The translations under genes were made by a program, and so were the position numbers. A stretch of DNA of 64,000 nt from an uncultured Verrucomicrobiae bacterium (GTDB lineage: Bacteria; Verrucomicrobiota; Verrucomicrobiia; Palsa-1439), in the NCBI GenBank assembly GCA_963812605.1, contig CAWEWF010000010.1, positions 128,001-192,000 on the forward strand. The letters run 5' to 3'. The notes under the pieces are model-generated. The model made no database searches. It was not told the DNA's origin and saw only the letters and a list, made by a program, of their open reading frames with translations. Numbering within the stretch: position 1 is the stretch's first letter; the number at the start of each line of letters is the position of its first letter. Below, piece after piece: positions 1 through 11,403 of this stretch.

Positions 1-902
1 AGTCCGTATGCGGCTCGGGGACTCGATCGGGGATTCGCTTCGAGTTCGCGGACACCATTGAGCGCACCTCCGCCGGCAAATTTCGCTTTGTCGTTTCCGA
101 ACTCCTGCCTAACCAACGCGCTACCCAAGATGGCCTATGTCTGCCACCCCCGACGGGAGACGGAAGGACTCGTGCGATCTTCTCCAATGGCCGGCTCCAC
201 GATTCGTCCCAGTCCGAGCGCGTACGTGACCTGTTCAACAAACGGGCGAACGCGTGGAGCGAGCTGTATCGGGAGAACCAGAAACTGGTGTGGCGCTTGG
301 AGGAGTTTTATACCAGCCTAGCGAAACACATCCCGCCGCCAGCGAACGTGCTAGATTTCGGCTGCGGCGCAGGCAATCTGGCAATGTGCCTGTACGAGCA
401 CGGGTACCAGGTCACTGCCTGTGACATTGCCGAGAAGATGATCGCCGAAGCGCGCCAGACTTTCGCCGGAACAGCCATTGAATGGGTGAACCTGCCGACC
501 GAGTGGCAGCGTCTCCCTTTCCCGGACAACGCCTTCGATGGTGTCATCGCCTCCAGCGTCTTTGAGTACCTCGAGGACTTGAATCTCGCCTTTGGCGAAC
601 TGGCGCGCGTATTGCGACCCGGCGGAGTTCTGGTGTTCAGCGTGCCGAACATGAGACACTTGGAACGCAAATTGGAGCAGTGGATCGGCCGCCTGACTGT
701 CGGACGCTGGATTCATGGGCCGGCCCGTTCCATTCCTCAAATCCGCAACTATTTAGACTACTTGCGATTGTCGCGAAACCGTTTCGCGCCCGCCGCCTGG
801 GAGCAACACGCCGCTGAGCATAAATTCCGCAGTTGCAGCGCCGTAAGCGACTTGTCACTCGAGCGGCCGTTATTGTTGCTCTCGCTTCAAAAGGAGCTTT
901 AG
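1..902 (+). CDS. 5'-partial CDS: phenylacetate-CoA-ligase/CapK-like C-terminus in frame with a class I SAM methyltransferase
   Basis: The frame from nt 33 reads IRFEFADTIERTSAGKFRFVVS (PaaK/CapK-type C-terminus) and runs without a stop into ORF 288..902 (VLDFGCGAG, LPFPDNAFD, LRPGG). Confidence 0.7.
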   Translation, partial: SVCGSGTRSGIRFEFADTIERTSAGKFRFVVSELLPNQRATQDGLCLPPPTGDGRTRAIFSNGRLHDSSQSERVRDLFNKRANAWSELYRENQKLVWRLEEFYTSLAKHIPPPANVLDFGCGAGNLAMCLYEHGYQVTACDIAEKMIAEARQTFAGTAIEWVNLPTEWQRLPFPDNAFDGVIASSVFEYLEDLNLAFGELARVLRPGGVLVFSVPNMRHLERKLEQWIGRLTVGRWIHGPARSIPQIRNYLDYLRLSRNRFAPAAWEQHAAEHKFRSCSAVSDLSLERPLLLLSLQKEL

Positions 903-913
903 AATCTGGTGCC

Positions 914-2981
914 ATGAAACAACTCGTCCAGGACTTCAAATCGGGTGACATCAAACTCGTTGACGTGCCGCCGCCGGTGATTGCGCCCGGCTGCGTCCTG
1001 GTGCGCAATGCGTTTTCCCTTGTCAGCGCGGGCACGGAGAAGGCGACGGTGGCCGATGGCGCAGGCATCGTTCGTGGGCAAGGCGCGGCTGCGTCCCGAT
1101 CTCGCGAAGCAGGTGCTGGACACGCTCAAGCGCGAAGGGATCGGCGCGACGATGCGCAAGGTGCAGTCGCGCCTCGACCAGTGGAAACAACTCGGCTACT
1201 CCTCGGCGGGCACGGTTTTCGAAGTCGGCGAAGGCGTGACCGGTTTTGCGGTGGGCGACCGGGTGGCCTGCGCGGGACAGGATTACGCGAGCCACGCGGA
1301 AGTGGTGTTGATCCCCCAGAATCTATGCACCCGGCTTCCCGAAGGCGTCGCCCTGGAACAGGCGGCGTTTGCGACGCTGGGCGCGATCGCGCTGCAAGGG
1401 GTGCGCCAGGCGGACGCGCGCGTGGGCGAAGTGGTTGCGGTCATCGGGCTGGGATTGGTGGGTCAATTGACGGTGCAGATTCTCAAGGCGGCCGGCTGCG
1501 TGGTGCTGGGGATCGACGTGAGCGAGGCAGCGTGTGAACTGGCGAAGACTTGCGGTTGTGATGCCGTGGCCGTGCGCACGCGCGACGACGTGGAGCGCGT
1601 TGCCGCGAAATTGAGCCATGATTTTGGCGTGGACGCAGTCATTATCACCGCCTCGGCCCCGACAAATGATCCAGTCGAATTGGCGGGCAGGATTTGCCGC
1701 GAGCGCGGACGCGTGGTGATGGTGGGCGTGACCGGCATGGAAGTGCCGCGCGACATTTATTATCGCAAGGAACTGGATTTCCGGCTTTCCCGAAGTTACG
1801 GGCCTGGACGTTACGATCCGCTCTACGAAGAACAGGGGATCGATTATCCCATCGGTTATGTGCGCTGGACGGAAGGCCGCAACATGGAGGCCTTCGCGCA
1901 ACTGCTCGCGACCAAGCGCATCGACGTGGGGGCTTTGACCACGCATACATTTTCCGTCGACGACGGGCCGAAGGCGTACGAATTGATCACCGGTAAGACC
2001 GGCGAGCGGGTTGTCGGCGTGCTCATCCAATATCCGCCAACGGCAGAACGGGCGAGCGTCACTGTCGTCAAATCAACTGGCGCCACGCCAGCCAAAGCGG
2101 TGGTGCTCGGCGTCATTGGCGCGGGCAATTACGCGCAGGGTGTCCTGTTGCCGCAGTTCAAGGCGAACGCGGACGTGACATTACGCACCGTCTGTACGGC
2201 GACCGGGGTGAAGGCGCAGAAGGCCAAGGAGAAATTTGGTTTCGAAACGTGTGTTACCGACTGGCGCGCGGTGATTGCCGATGGGGCGATCAATACGGTG
2301 CTCATGGCGACGCGCCACGACCTGCACGCGTCGATTGTTTGCGAGGCGTTGAAGGCCGGCAAAGCAGTGTTCGTCGAGAAGCCGCTGTGCCTGCACGCCG
2401 AGCAGTTGGATGAGATCGTGACAGTAATCAACCAGGCGGGCAACGCCCGCTTGCTGGTCGGTTTCAATCGTCGTTTTGCGCCGTTCGCCACGGAAGCGCG
2501 AAAGCTAAGCGGCCCATTGGTGATGCGCTACCGCGTCAGCGTGACACCGCTGCCGCGCGAGCATTGGATCAACAATCCCGATATCGGTGGCGGGCGAATC
2601 CTCGGCGAGGTGTGTCACTTCGTGGATTTCCTGCAATTCGCCGCACAATCGCGGCCCGTGACTGTCTACGCCCAGGGGTTCGGCGTCGACAACGTGCAGG
2701 TGTCGTTGCGGTTCGCCGATGGGTCGGTCGGCGCGGTGGATTATTTTTCCGTGGCCGATGCAGCGCTGGAGAAGGAACACTTCGAGGCGTTCGGCGGCGG
2801 ACGGCATTTGGTAGTGACTGATTTTCGTGACAAAGGGCAGGCGGCGGAAGTCCGCGAGTTCATTGCGGCGGTGAAAACCGGCAGCCCGATGCCGATGGGG
2901 CTGGAAGAGATCATCGACAGCACGCGGGCGACCCTGGCCGTGCTGCAAGCGTTGCGCACAAGCCAGACGGTGACGCTCTAG
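914..2981 (+). CDS. Bi-domain oxidoreductase (Zn-binding dehydrogenase + Gfo/Idh/MocA), frameshift near 1050
   Basis: MKQLVQDFKSG...SAGTEK at 914 joins ORF 981..2981 (LGYSSAG, GLGLVG, SRSYGPGRYD, GVIGAG, VEKP, VGFNRRF). This family is typical of polysaccharide loci. Confidence 0.85.
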
Positions 2982-3054
2982 ATGTGAGTATTTTTGGCCC
3001 TTGTAGGGCACGAGCTAAAACGATACAATAAAAAACTTGTCTTCGAATGAAACC

Positions 3055-4157
3055 GTGTTGAAGAAACTGTCATTGTCATTGGTGGTCTTGCTGATCGGCC
3101 TGATGGGGGCCGAATGGGTGGCGCGACTTTTGTATCGAAGCAGCACGCCGATATTTCCCCGGTTTTCCGACAGTGACGCGCATTTTACGGGGAGTTCACC
3201 ATTCGCCGGATACGCCCGAATACGCGCTTCTGGCACACCAGCCTTGATGGCCGCTGGGAATTTCGCATCAACGCGCAGGGCTTTCGGGCTGACAAGAATT
3301 ACGAATATGAAAAGCCGCCGGGTTGCCAGCGCGTAATTTGCCTGGGGGATTCGTACACAGAAGGTTTTGAATGCCGGCAGGAGCGGACTTTTTCCGCCAT
3401 CGTCGAGCGCTATTTCGCGGCGCGGGGAAAGTGCGTCGAGGTCATCAACACCGGGGTGTCGGGTTTCGGGACGGCGGAGGAGTTGGTCCTGCTCGAGAAC
3501 GAAGGGATAAAGTTCCATCCGGATTTTGTGGTACTGGCATATTTCGAGAATGACCCCGAGGACAATATCCGGGCCAATCTTTTTGGCCTCAAGAACGGAG
3601 AGTTGGTCACCAACTCAACCACGTACATTCCCGGGGTGAAGATCCTGAACCGGATCGATAGTTTCGCCATACTCCGCTGGCTGAGCCAGAACTCGTACCT
3701 GTACTCCGTCGGCGTCAACGGTGTCTGGGAATACGAGAAGCGCCAATTGGGGGCCCACAATGCCTCGCAGTTGACCTCGGAAATGGCGGTCCGCACCACC
3801 AACAGCACGGCTTATGTCGAACAATATCAAAAGGACCTGACCGGGGCCCTCGTGAAACGGATGTACGCGTTTTGCAAGGCGCACGACGTGAAGTTGATCA
3901 CCGTGGAGATACCCGGAATGGGAGATCCCAATCCCACGGATTTCAAACCATCCATTACTCCGGATTTACGCGATACATTTCGTGAGAATTGCGACGCATT
4001 CATTGAAACCGAAGCAACCCTGGCGGACTATCGCGGCCTGATCTACGCGCACGTGCCGCATGGTCATCACCACATGACAGAAGAAGGCCATTTGCTTTAT
4101 GGCATCCAGATCGCCAAGGCGATGGAACGTTTATCAGAAAAGAAACCAGGATCATGA
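3055..4157 (+). CDS. Membrane-anchored SGNH/GDSL hydrolase-family protein, frameshift near 3185
   Basis: N-terminal TM helix, then INAQGFR, LGDSYTEG (block I), NTGVSGFGT (block II), YFEND (block III) and HHHMT (block V). Confidence 0.8.
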
Positions 4158-4609
4158 GCACCTTGCCGCCTCGTCGACCGCCCGAACTGGCCTGGAAATG
4201 GCCGATTAACGGCCAGAGAAAAGAGACCACTGCCCCGGGCCTGGGGCATGTTGTCCTTCAAGCACTCATACCGGCGGCCATGGCGGGTTTGTTCTTTCTC
4301 CGGCACCATCGTGTTATGGGATGGATTGTCCTGGCGGTGAGCGGCTGGATGCTGGTCAGCGGCTTGTTGCTGCCGCGGGCATTTTTGGCGGTAGAACGGG
4401 TCTTGAAGGCGTTTGGTCGAATCGTCGCCCTCGGGCTGACGTGGGTGCTGTTGGTTGTTTTTTTCTTCCTGTTTTTTCTGCCGCTCGGCCTGTTCTTGCG
4501 CCGGCAAATGCGGGCGCTGCTCGCCCTCGAATTCGACAAGAACCAAACCAGTTACTGGCAGGACCGCGTGCCCGTCAGCAGCGCGGAACATTTTTCGAGG
4601 CAGTACTAG
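4154..4609 (+). CDS. SxtJ-like membrane protein
   Basis: About 3 TM segments and the C-terminal SYW...FSRQY signature; sits directly upstream of a carbamoyltransferase. Confidence 0.75.
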   Translation: MSTLPPRRPPELAWKWPINGQRKETTAPGLGHVVLQALIPAAMAGLFFLRHHRVMGWIVLAVSGWMLVSGLLLPRAFLAVERVLKAFGRIVALGLTWVLLVVFFFLFFLPLGLFLRRQMRALLALEFDKNQTSYWQDRVPVSSAEHFSRQY

Positions 4610-6455
4610 ATGAATATTCTCGGCATCAGTGCTTTTTACCATGATTCCGCCGCGGCGTTGGTGCGGGACGGCCGGATCATTGCCGCCGCGCAAGAGGAGC
4701 GGTTCACGCGCAAGAAACAGGATGCGGGCTTTCCATTCCATGCGGTCCGTTACTGCCTCGGGGAAGGCAAGGTCGGGCCCAAGGAACTCGATGTCGTGGC
4801 CTTTTACGACAAGCCGTTTAGCAAGTTCGGTCGCATCCTGCAAACCTACCTGGGCATCGCGCCCGATGGACTGGAATCGTTTCTCATGGCGATCCCGCTG
4901 TGGATGAGGGAGAAGCTCTGGACCTCGCTGCAAATCGAGCGATCGCTGCGCCAATGCGGCATGGACATGCCCAGGAATTTCTATTTCCCCGAGCATCATG
5001 AGTCACACGCCGCCAGCGCGTTCTACCCGTCACCTTTTGCGAGCGCGGCCATCCTGACGCTCGATGGGGTCGGCGAGTGGGCCACCAGCGTCCTCGGCCG
5101 CGGGGTTGACAACCGCCTCGAGTTGCTGAAGGAAATGCGTTTCCCGCACTCGCTCGGATTGCTGTACTCCGCTTTCACCTACTTCACCGGTTTCAAGGTC
5201 AATTCGGGGGAATACAAACTGATGGGTCTGGCGCCATACGGCGAACCGAAGTACGCCAAAGCTTATTTACGATCACCTGCTTGACCTGCGCCCGGACGGT
5301 TCCTTTCGCCTGAACATGGACTACTTCGGATACGTGAATCGACTGACCATGACGAATGACCGGTTTGCGGAACTCTTCGGCGGTCCCGCGCGGTCACCGG
5401 AATCCGACATCACCCAGCGGGAGATGGACATGGCGGCGTCGATCCAGAAAGTGACGGAGGAAATTGTGCTGCGCATGGCCCGGGAAACCCATCGGTTGAC
5501 GGGCGAGAAGAATCTTTGCCTGGCCGGCGGCGTGGCCCTGAACTGCGTTGCCAATGGCCGGCTCCTGCGCGAAGGGCCGTTCGAAAAACTGTGGATCCAA
5601 CCGGCGGCCGGCGATGCGGGCGGTTCGGTGGGGGCGGCCCTGCTGGTCTGGTATTGGATCCAGAAAAACCCGCGTAAGGTCGATGAAGTGCACGACCAGA
5701 TGAGCGGGGCGTTTCTCGGGCCCGAGTTTAGCGACGATGAGATCGAGGCGTTCCTCAAGGCGCACGGGTATCCCTACCGCAAACTGCCGCCGGAGACCTG
5801 GGGCGACGAGATCGCCGACGTGCTGGCGTCAGAACACGTCGTCGGTATCCTGCAAGGTCGCATGGAATTCGGCCCGCGCGCGCTGGGCGGACGGTCGATC
5901 ATTGGGGATGCGCGGTCGCCCAAGATGCAGTCCATTATGAATCTCAAGATCAAATATCGCGAGTCGTTCCGTCCCTTCGCGCCCGTCTGCCTGCGGGAAC
6001 GCATGGGCGATTACTTCGAGCTGCAACAGGAGTCCCCGTATATGCTGCTGGTCGCGGATGTGCGGCCCGAATTGCGTTGCCCGTTGTCGGACGAGGAACA
6101 GCGGATCATGAAAGACCCCGACTTGCGCAAGCGCGTCAACATCGTGCGCTCCACCATTCCCTCGGTGACCCACGTGGACATGTCGGCGCGGGTGCAGACG
6201 GTGGACGCGGAGCGCAACCCGCGTTTCCACGAACTGCTGAAGGCGTTCGAGCGGAAAACCGGTTACGGAATCCTGATCAATACATCCTTCAACGTGCGCG
6301 GCGAGCCGATCGTCTGCACTCCCGAAGACGCCTACCGTTGTTTCATGCGGACGGAAATGGATTACCTGGTGCTGGGTTCATGCCTGCTGGACAAGAAGCA
6401 GCAGCCGAAGCTGGCCGACGAGCAGGATTGGCGCAAAGATTTCGTGCTCGATTAG
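4610..6455 (+). CDS. NodU/CmcH-family O-carbamoyltransferase, frameshift near 5262
   Basis: ILGISAFYHDSAAAL, QEERFTRKK, HHESHAASAF, GEYKLMGLAPYG, GGVALNC, MEFGPRALG, KYRESFRPFAP, NTSFNVRGEPIV. Confidence 0.93.
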
Positions 6456-6467
6456 ACCCGGGACACG

Positions 6468-7208
6468 TCACTTGGTGACGTAATACGTGTTGGTGATCAG
6501 CTCCGTCATTTGGAACTCTTCGATCTTGAGCACTTTCGTCCCCGCCGATTCCAGCAGGCTGACGACCTCTGCTTTCGGCACGAAGTTCATTTTTATGGGC
6601 ACAAGCCCTTTGGTATAGAGATACTCCGCGCTGAACCCGAGGCCGTGGAGCAGCGCATAGAGTCTCCGCCGCAATTGGAGGCGGTGGCGCAAGGTAATCT
6701 GCGCCGGAACCTGAAACGCCAGCAGACCATCGGGCCGCAAAACCCGGCAGAACTCCGCGATGTAAGATTTGATCATCGTTTGGGTTGGCAGATGTTGCAG
6801 GACGATGGTGGTAAAAACGAAATCGAACTGATTATCGGGAAACATGCGCAAATGATCGGCGTAATTGACCGAAAACTGGCAATTCGGAAACGCCTGGTTC
6901 AACTCCTTCGCCTTGGCAATCATGCTTTCCGAAATATCGACGCCGTGGCATTGCTTGAAGTATTTCGACATCGCCCTCGTCAACCGTCCCACGCCGCACC
7001 CAAAGTCCAGAGCGGTCTCCCATCGCTTGGGATATCCGAGTCCCTTGGCCGTGGCCATCACGGCGGCGATATCCTTTTCACCCGTGGCAAAAAATTCGTC
7101 CACGTCCCATTTGCCAAACTTGCCCTTGGGATCGGTGAGAACAACCCAGAGCGGATCCAATTCCCCGAGTTTGTCCCACGATTGTTTGTGTCGGTCTAAA
7201 ATAGACAT
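6468..7208 (-). CDS. Class I SAM-dependent methyltransferase
   Basis: ALDFGCGVGRL, GVDISESM, VLQH, LRPDG. Probable start MSILDRHK at 7208; the longer ORF overlaps a + strand gene. Confidence 0.85.
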   Translation of the reverse strand: MSILDRHKQSWDKLGELDPLWVVLTDPKGKFGKWDVDEFFATGEKDIAAVMATAKGLGYPKRWETALDFGCGVGRLTRAMSKYFKQCHGVDISESMIAKAKELNQAFPNCQFSVNYADHLRMFPDNQFDFVFTTIVLQHLPTQTMIKSYIAEFCRVLRPDGLLAFQVPAQITLRHRLQLRRRLYALLHGLGFSAEYLYTKGLVPIKMNFVPKAEVVSLLESAGTKVLKIEEFQMTELITNTYYVTK

Positions 7209-7343
7209 GTAAGTTCTCCGCCGTTGGCAGGCCGAGAGGGTATCATATCTGAAAGTGCCACCAAGCCTTTTTTGCGGCTCCAAATGATGGGAGCGAGGAT
7301 TTCGTACTTGATTAGAGCGTTCGGAGTGTAGAACACTAGCGCC

Positions 7344-7508
7344 ATGCAATTCTTGAGACACCTGCTGTTGCTGTTCAAGAACTTGTTTGGGTTTGCCCGC
7401 CAGAACAAGGCCTGGTGGATCGTGCCGATTGTTGTGGTTCTGCTCGCACTGGCTGCGGTCATGATTGTCGGTCACGCCATTGCCCCGTTCATTTATACAC
7501 TGTTCTAA
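7344..7508 (+). CDS. DUF5989/SxtK-like small membrane protein (54 aa), not in the ORF track
   Basis: Translated by hand: MQFLRHLLLLFKNLFGFARQNKAWWIVPIVVVLLALAAVMIVGHAIAPFIYTLF*, with the K-x-WW-x-x-P and APFIYTLF signature. Confidence 0.85.
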   Translation: MQFLRHLLLLFKNLFGFARQNKAWWIVPIVVVLLALAAVMIVGHAIAPFIYTLF

Positions 7509-7566
7509 CAGTTTCGCATCCAGCACGAGCGTCGTGGCAGCCATTTCCAAATCGGGCATCAACACC

Positions 7567-8568
7567 ATGCGCCTGCGCGAGATTTGGCAGCGCTTGCATG
7601 ATTTTTGCGCTGCCCAGGACTGGCGCGGTTATGATCCGTACGACGGGTTGAATTCCCCGGTGGCGGCGATTTTGCCCGGAAAACGCGCGCGCCAGGCCTG
7701 GACGCAACTCCACAAGCGCAGCGTCATCAACCTTCGGCCTCTGTGCGGGATCCGTCCCCAATTGAATTCGATGGCAGTGGCTTTGTTTGCCATGGGCAGC
7801 GGCGACGAGCAACTACTTGATGTGCTCGACTCCCTGCGGACTGCGGAAGGGGGTTGGGGATATCCGTTTGGCTGGCAATCGCGCGCCTTTTACGCGCCAC
7901 CGAACACGGCCAATCTTATCTGCACGGCGCTGGCGGTGAAAGCCCATCGGCGGTTTGGTCGGAAGTGCGATACTGGTTTTGTGGAGGGACTCGTCACCGA
8001 ACGTGGCGGTGAAAAATGGCTTCGGTACATACCGCAGTCGGACACACAGGTGCACAATATCAATCTGATGGGCGCGGCACTGCTGGGGCGGAGGGATTGC
8101 GTGGAATTCTCGGTGAAGCGACAGCGGGCGGACGGTTCGTGGTGGTACGGCGAGGCCGAGAACCAGCGGTGGATCGACAATTTCCATACGGGCTACAATC
8201 TTGTTGCCCTGCGCGAATACGAGCAAGCGACCGGCGACACCAGCTTTGCGGATGCAGCCCAACGGGGATTTGCTTACTGGGACGAGGTCTTCTGGCAGGC
8301 AGACGGCTTGCCGCGCTACTATCATAATCGGACGCACCCCATCGATATTCACTGCTGTTCGCAGGGAATCTTGACCTACCTGGCGTTTGGCGACGTGGGA
8401 AAAGCCGACGGGGTGGCACGCTGGGCGCTGAAAAACATGTGGGATGAACGCGGCTTTTTCTGGTATCAACACGGTCGGCTGGCGGTCAACCGCATCCAGT
8501 ACCTGCGCTGGTCGCAGTCGTGGATGTATTACGCGTTGAGCGAATTGTTAAAAGTAAAAGGCGAATGA
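7567..8568 (+). CDS. (alpha/alpha)6-barrel protein of polysaccharide loci (often mis-annotated as ALA dehydratase)
   Basis: WRGYDPYDGLNSP, WGYPFGWQSR, QRADGSWWYGE, WIDNFHTGY, PIDIH, YLRWSQSW. Confidence 0.65.
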   Translation: MRLREIWQRLHDFCAAQDWRGYDPYDGLNSPVAAILPGKRARQAWTQLHKRSVINLRPLCGIRPQLNSMAVALFAMGSGDEQLLDVLDSLRTAEGGWGYPFGWQSRAFYAPPNTANLICTALAVKAHRRFGRKCDTGFVEGLVTERGGEKWLRYIPQSDTQVHNINLMGAALLGRRDCVEFSVKRQRADGSWWYGEAENQRWIDNFHTGYNLVALREYEQATGDTSFADAAQRGFAYWDEVFWQADGLPRYYHNRTHPIDIHCCSQGILTYLAFGDVGKADGVARWALKNMWDERGFFWYQHGRLAVNRIQYLRWSQSWMYYALSELLKVKGE

Positions 8569-9671
8569 AGCTGAAAATTGTTAATGTCGTCGGGGCCCGA
8601 CCGAATTTCATGAAGATGGCGCCGTTGATGATGGAATATCGGCGGCACCCGGACAAGTTTGACCCAAAACTTGTGCACACCGGTCAGCACTACGACGACA
8701 ACATGTCGACGCTTTTCTTCGAGCAACTGCATCTGCCCAAACCCGACGTCTATCTCGGGATCGGTTCCGGCTCGCACAGCGAACAGACGGCGAAGGTGAT
8801 GGTGGAGATGGAAAAGTTGCTGTCCGCCGAACCGCCCGATCTGCTGGTTGTGGTTGGGGACGTCAACTCGACCATGGCGGCGACGATCGTGGCTGCCAAG
8901 CTCTGCATCCCCGTGGCGCATGTCGAGGCGGGCCTGCGAAGCTTCGATCGAACGATGCCCGAGGAAATCAACCGTCTCGTGACGGATGCCTTGAGCGACT
9001 ACTGCTTCATCACGAGCCAGGATGCAGACGAGAATCTTCGCCGTGAAGGTGTGGCGCCAGAAAAGATATTCTTTGTCGGTAACGTGATGATTGACACACT
9101 GTTACAACTCAAAGACGCAAGTCTGAAGTCCGACATTCCGCGAAGGCTTGGCTTGGGTGGACCGTACGGGTTCGTTACGCTCCATCGCCCCAGCAACGTC
9201 GATGACAAAGAGGTATTCGCGGAGATTCTTGCGGCGCTGGACACCATACAAGAGGATTTACTGCTGGTGTTTCCCGTTCACCCACGCACCGTCAATCGGC
9301 TGAAGCAGTTTGGATTCTGGGGTAAGCTCCAAGGCAGGAAAAACCTGAAGTTGATCGATCCAGTTGGGTATCTGGATTCCCTGTGTCTGATGGCCAATGC
9401 AAAGCTGGTTCTGACTGATTCGGGTGGTGTGCAGGAGGAAACCACGGTCCTGGGAGTGCCCTGCCTGACGATTCGCAATAACACCGAGCGGCCCGTCACG
9501 ATCACGGAGGGTACGAACACATTAGTGGGTACCAGCCAATCAAAGATAGTCTTGGAAGCCAGAAAAATACTGGCTGGCAACGGCAAACGTGGGCGGGCCC
9601 CCAAATACTGGGATGGCAAGGCGGCGGGGCGAATCGTCGAATGCCTGATCGAGCACCCACCAAAGCGATGA
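8565..9671 (+). CDS. wecB: UDP-N-acetylglucosamine 2-epimerase (non-hydrolysing)
   Basis: VGARPNFMK, HTGQHYD, HVEAGLRS, MPEEINR, TLHRPSNVD, TDSGGVQEE, NTERP. Confidence 0.93.
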   Translation: MKLKIVNVVGARPNFMKMAPLMMEYRRHPDKFDPKLVHTGQHYDDNMSTLFFEQLHLPKPDVYLGIGSGSHSEQTAKVMVEMEKLLSAEPPDLLVVVGDVNSTMAATIVAAKLCIPVAHVEAGLRSFDRTMPEEINRLVTDALSDYCFITSQDADENLRREGVAPEKIFFVGNVMIDTLLQLKDASLKSDIPRRLGLGGPYGFVTLHRPSNVDDKEVFAEILAALDTIQEDLLLVFPVHPRTVNRLKQFGFWGKLQGRKNLKLIDPVGYLDSLCLMANAKLVLTDSGGVQEETTVLGVPCLTIRNNTERPVTITEGTNTLVGTSQSKIVLEARKILAGNGKRGRAPKYWDGKAAGRIVECLIEHPPKR

Positions 9672-10426
9672 ACCCGCCGACGGAAAACAAGGCGATGCTA
9701 TTTGGTGTGCCGATTGACAATTTGACCTTGGAGGAAACGGTGAGCCGGGTGGAATCCATGATTCGCGAAGGTGGGACCCACCAGCATGTGGTCGTCAATG
9801 TGGACAAAATTGTAAAGCTTCAGCATGATCCGGAATTGCGTAACGCGGTTTTAAGCTGCGACCTGATTAATGCTGATGGGCAGCCGATAGTCTGGGCGTC
9901 AAAACTACTGCAACACCCTATTAAAGAGAGGGTTACAGGCGTGGATTTGTTCGATAGCCTGGTGGCACGGTGCGCAGAGAAGGGGTATCGGCCGTATCTG
10001 CTTGGGGCTCGTCAAGAGGTTGTGGAAAAGGTAGTTGAAGTCCTGAAGCAACGCCATCCCGCCTTGCAAATTGCCGGATACCGGAATGGGTATTGGCAAC
10101 CAGCCGAAGAAGCGCAACTGGTGGAGCAGATCAAACGAACACAGCCGCAAATACTGTTTGTCGCGATGGGTTCGCCGAAGAAAGAGATTTTTTTGAACAA
10201 ATGGAAAGCTGAATTACAGACTCCCTTTGTGATGGGTGTGGGCGGGACCTTTGATGTCGTTGCCGGATTGGTAAAGCGCGCGCCGCTGTGGATGCAAAAA
10301 TGCGGCTTGGAATGGTTTTTCCGACTTATCCAGGAGCCGCGACGGATGTGGCGGCGGTATTTGGTCGATGACATGGCCTTTTTCGGCTTGGTATTGCGGG
10401 AATGGCGCGCCCAACGGCGGTTGTAG
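9668..10426 (+). CDS. WecB/TagA/CpsF (WecG-like) glycosyltransferase
   Basis: ADGQPIVWAS, ERVTGVDL, GYRNGY, VAMGSPKKE, GVGGTFD, GLEWFFRLIQEPRRMWRRY. Confidence 0.92.
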   Translation: MNPPTENKAMLFGVPIDNLTLEETVSRVESMIREGGTHQHVVVNVDKIVKLQHDPELRNAVLSCDLINADGQPIVWASKLLQHPIKERVTGVDLFDSLVARCAEKGYRPYLLGARQEVVEKVVEVLKQRHPALQIAGYRNGYWQPAEEAQLVEQIKRTQPQILFVAMGSPKKEIFLNKWKAELQTPFVMGVGGTFDVVAGLVKRAPLWMQKCGLEWFFRLIQEPRRMWRRYLVDDMAFFGLVLREWRAQRRL

Positions 10427-10501
10427 TGTTTGTTCGTTGTTTCCCGCTTGCCTTTTTGCTTCGTTTCACAAGAATAGCGCGACTGGAGTTGACGGAGAAC
10501 C

Positions 10502-11219
10502 ATGGCACAAGACACCCATAGCGATTTGCGCATAACCGACCAATTCGATCTTGAGGCTTTTTGGGCGGACTACGGGAAGAAGATCACCATTGGCGCCGTG
10601 GCGGTCATTGTCATCGTCGGGTTTTTAGTCTATCGGCAATACGAATCAAGCTCGCAGGCGGAACAAGCCGCATTCATGTTGGCAAATGCCCGGGACATCG
10701 GGAGCTCTGGAACAGATAGTCCGGGATTACCCAAATTCCTCGACTGCGGCAGAGGCGTTGTCGCGGCTTGCGGACGCCTATTATCGATCTGGCAAATATC
10801 CCGAAGCAGCAAGCACTTATGAAAGAATTGCGAGAGAGTTTCCGTCGCATGTGTTGGCGGAATCCTCGAAACTTGGGGTGGCAACTGTTCTGGAAACCCA
10901 GGGGAATATCGAGGGTGCCAAAACACAGTACACGCAGATAATCAATTCCAACCCAAACGGTTACGTAGCAAACGCGGCGAAAATGGGGTTGGCCCGATGC
11001 TTACAGCTCGGCGGTCAGAACAAGGAAGCACGGCAACTATATGAGGAACTCATCGCTCAAGGACAAAACTCTCCGTGGTTCACGCAGGCGTATTTGCAGT
11101 ACGTCGTTTTGACCCGTGATATTCCGCCCGAGAAGCCGAGTGACTCGGTGCCACAATCGACCACGCCCCCAGCGAAAAACGGCCTGCAACTGCCATCGCT
11201 GACGACGGTACCGCAGTAG
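10502..11219 (+). CDS. Membrane-anchored TPR protein (YfgM-like), frameshift near 10700
   Basis: N-terminal TM followed by TPR repeats (YPNS..AAEAL..LADAYY..GKYPEA); split between ORFs 10502 and 10686. Confidence 0.75.
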
Positions 11220-11246
11220 GCTGTTTCATGGGCAAAATTTCAGGTC

Positions 11247-11403
11247 TTGACACACGGAAGGCATTCCTATATTCAGTCGCCAGTCACGGGAAGGCAGGAG
11301 TCCGACGATTAACGGGTAGTTTTCCGTGGTGAAAGCGGCTGATTGTCGTTTGGTCTGGGGCGCAGATTTTGTGACTTGACACATTTTGGGTCGCGCCTAT
11401 ACT
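11247..11403 (+). promoter_or_regulatory. Two tandem sigma70-like promoters upstream of the porin
   Basis: TTGACA (11247) with TATATT (11268); TTGACA (11376)-16 nt-TATACT (11398). Confidence 0.55.

Noticed and set aside
4154-7508. Saxitoxin biosynthesis cluster
   Set aside because: Only I/J/K-like genes are present, with no sxtA or sxtG; the context is polysaccharide synthesis.
8950-10430. Lower-GC stretch in wecB/wecG as a mobile element
   Set aside because: No mobility genes or boundaries; compositional mosaicism is common in polysaccharide loci.
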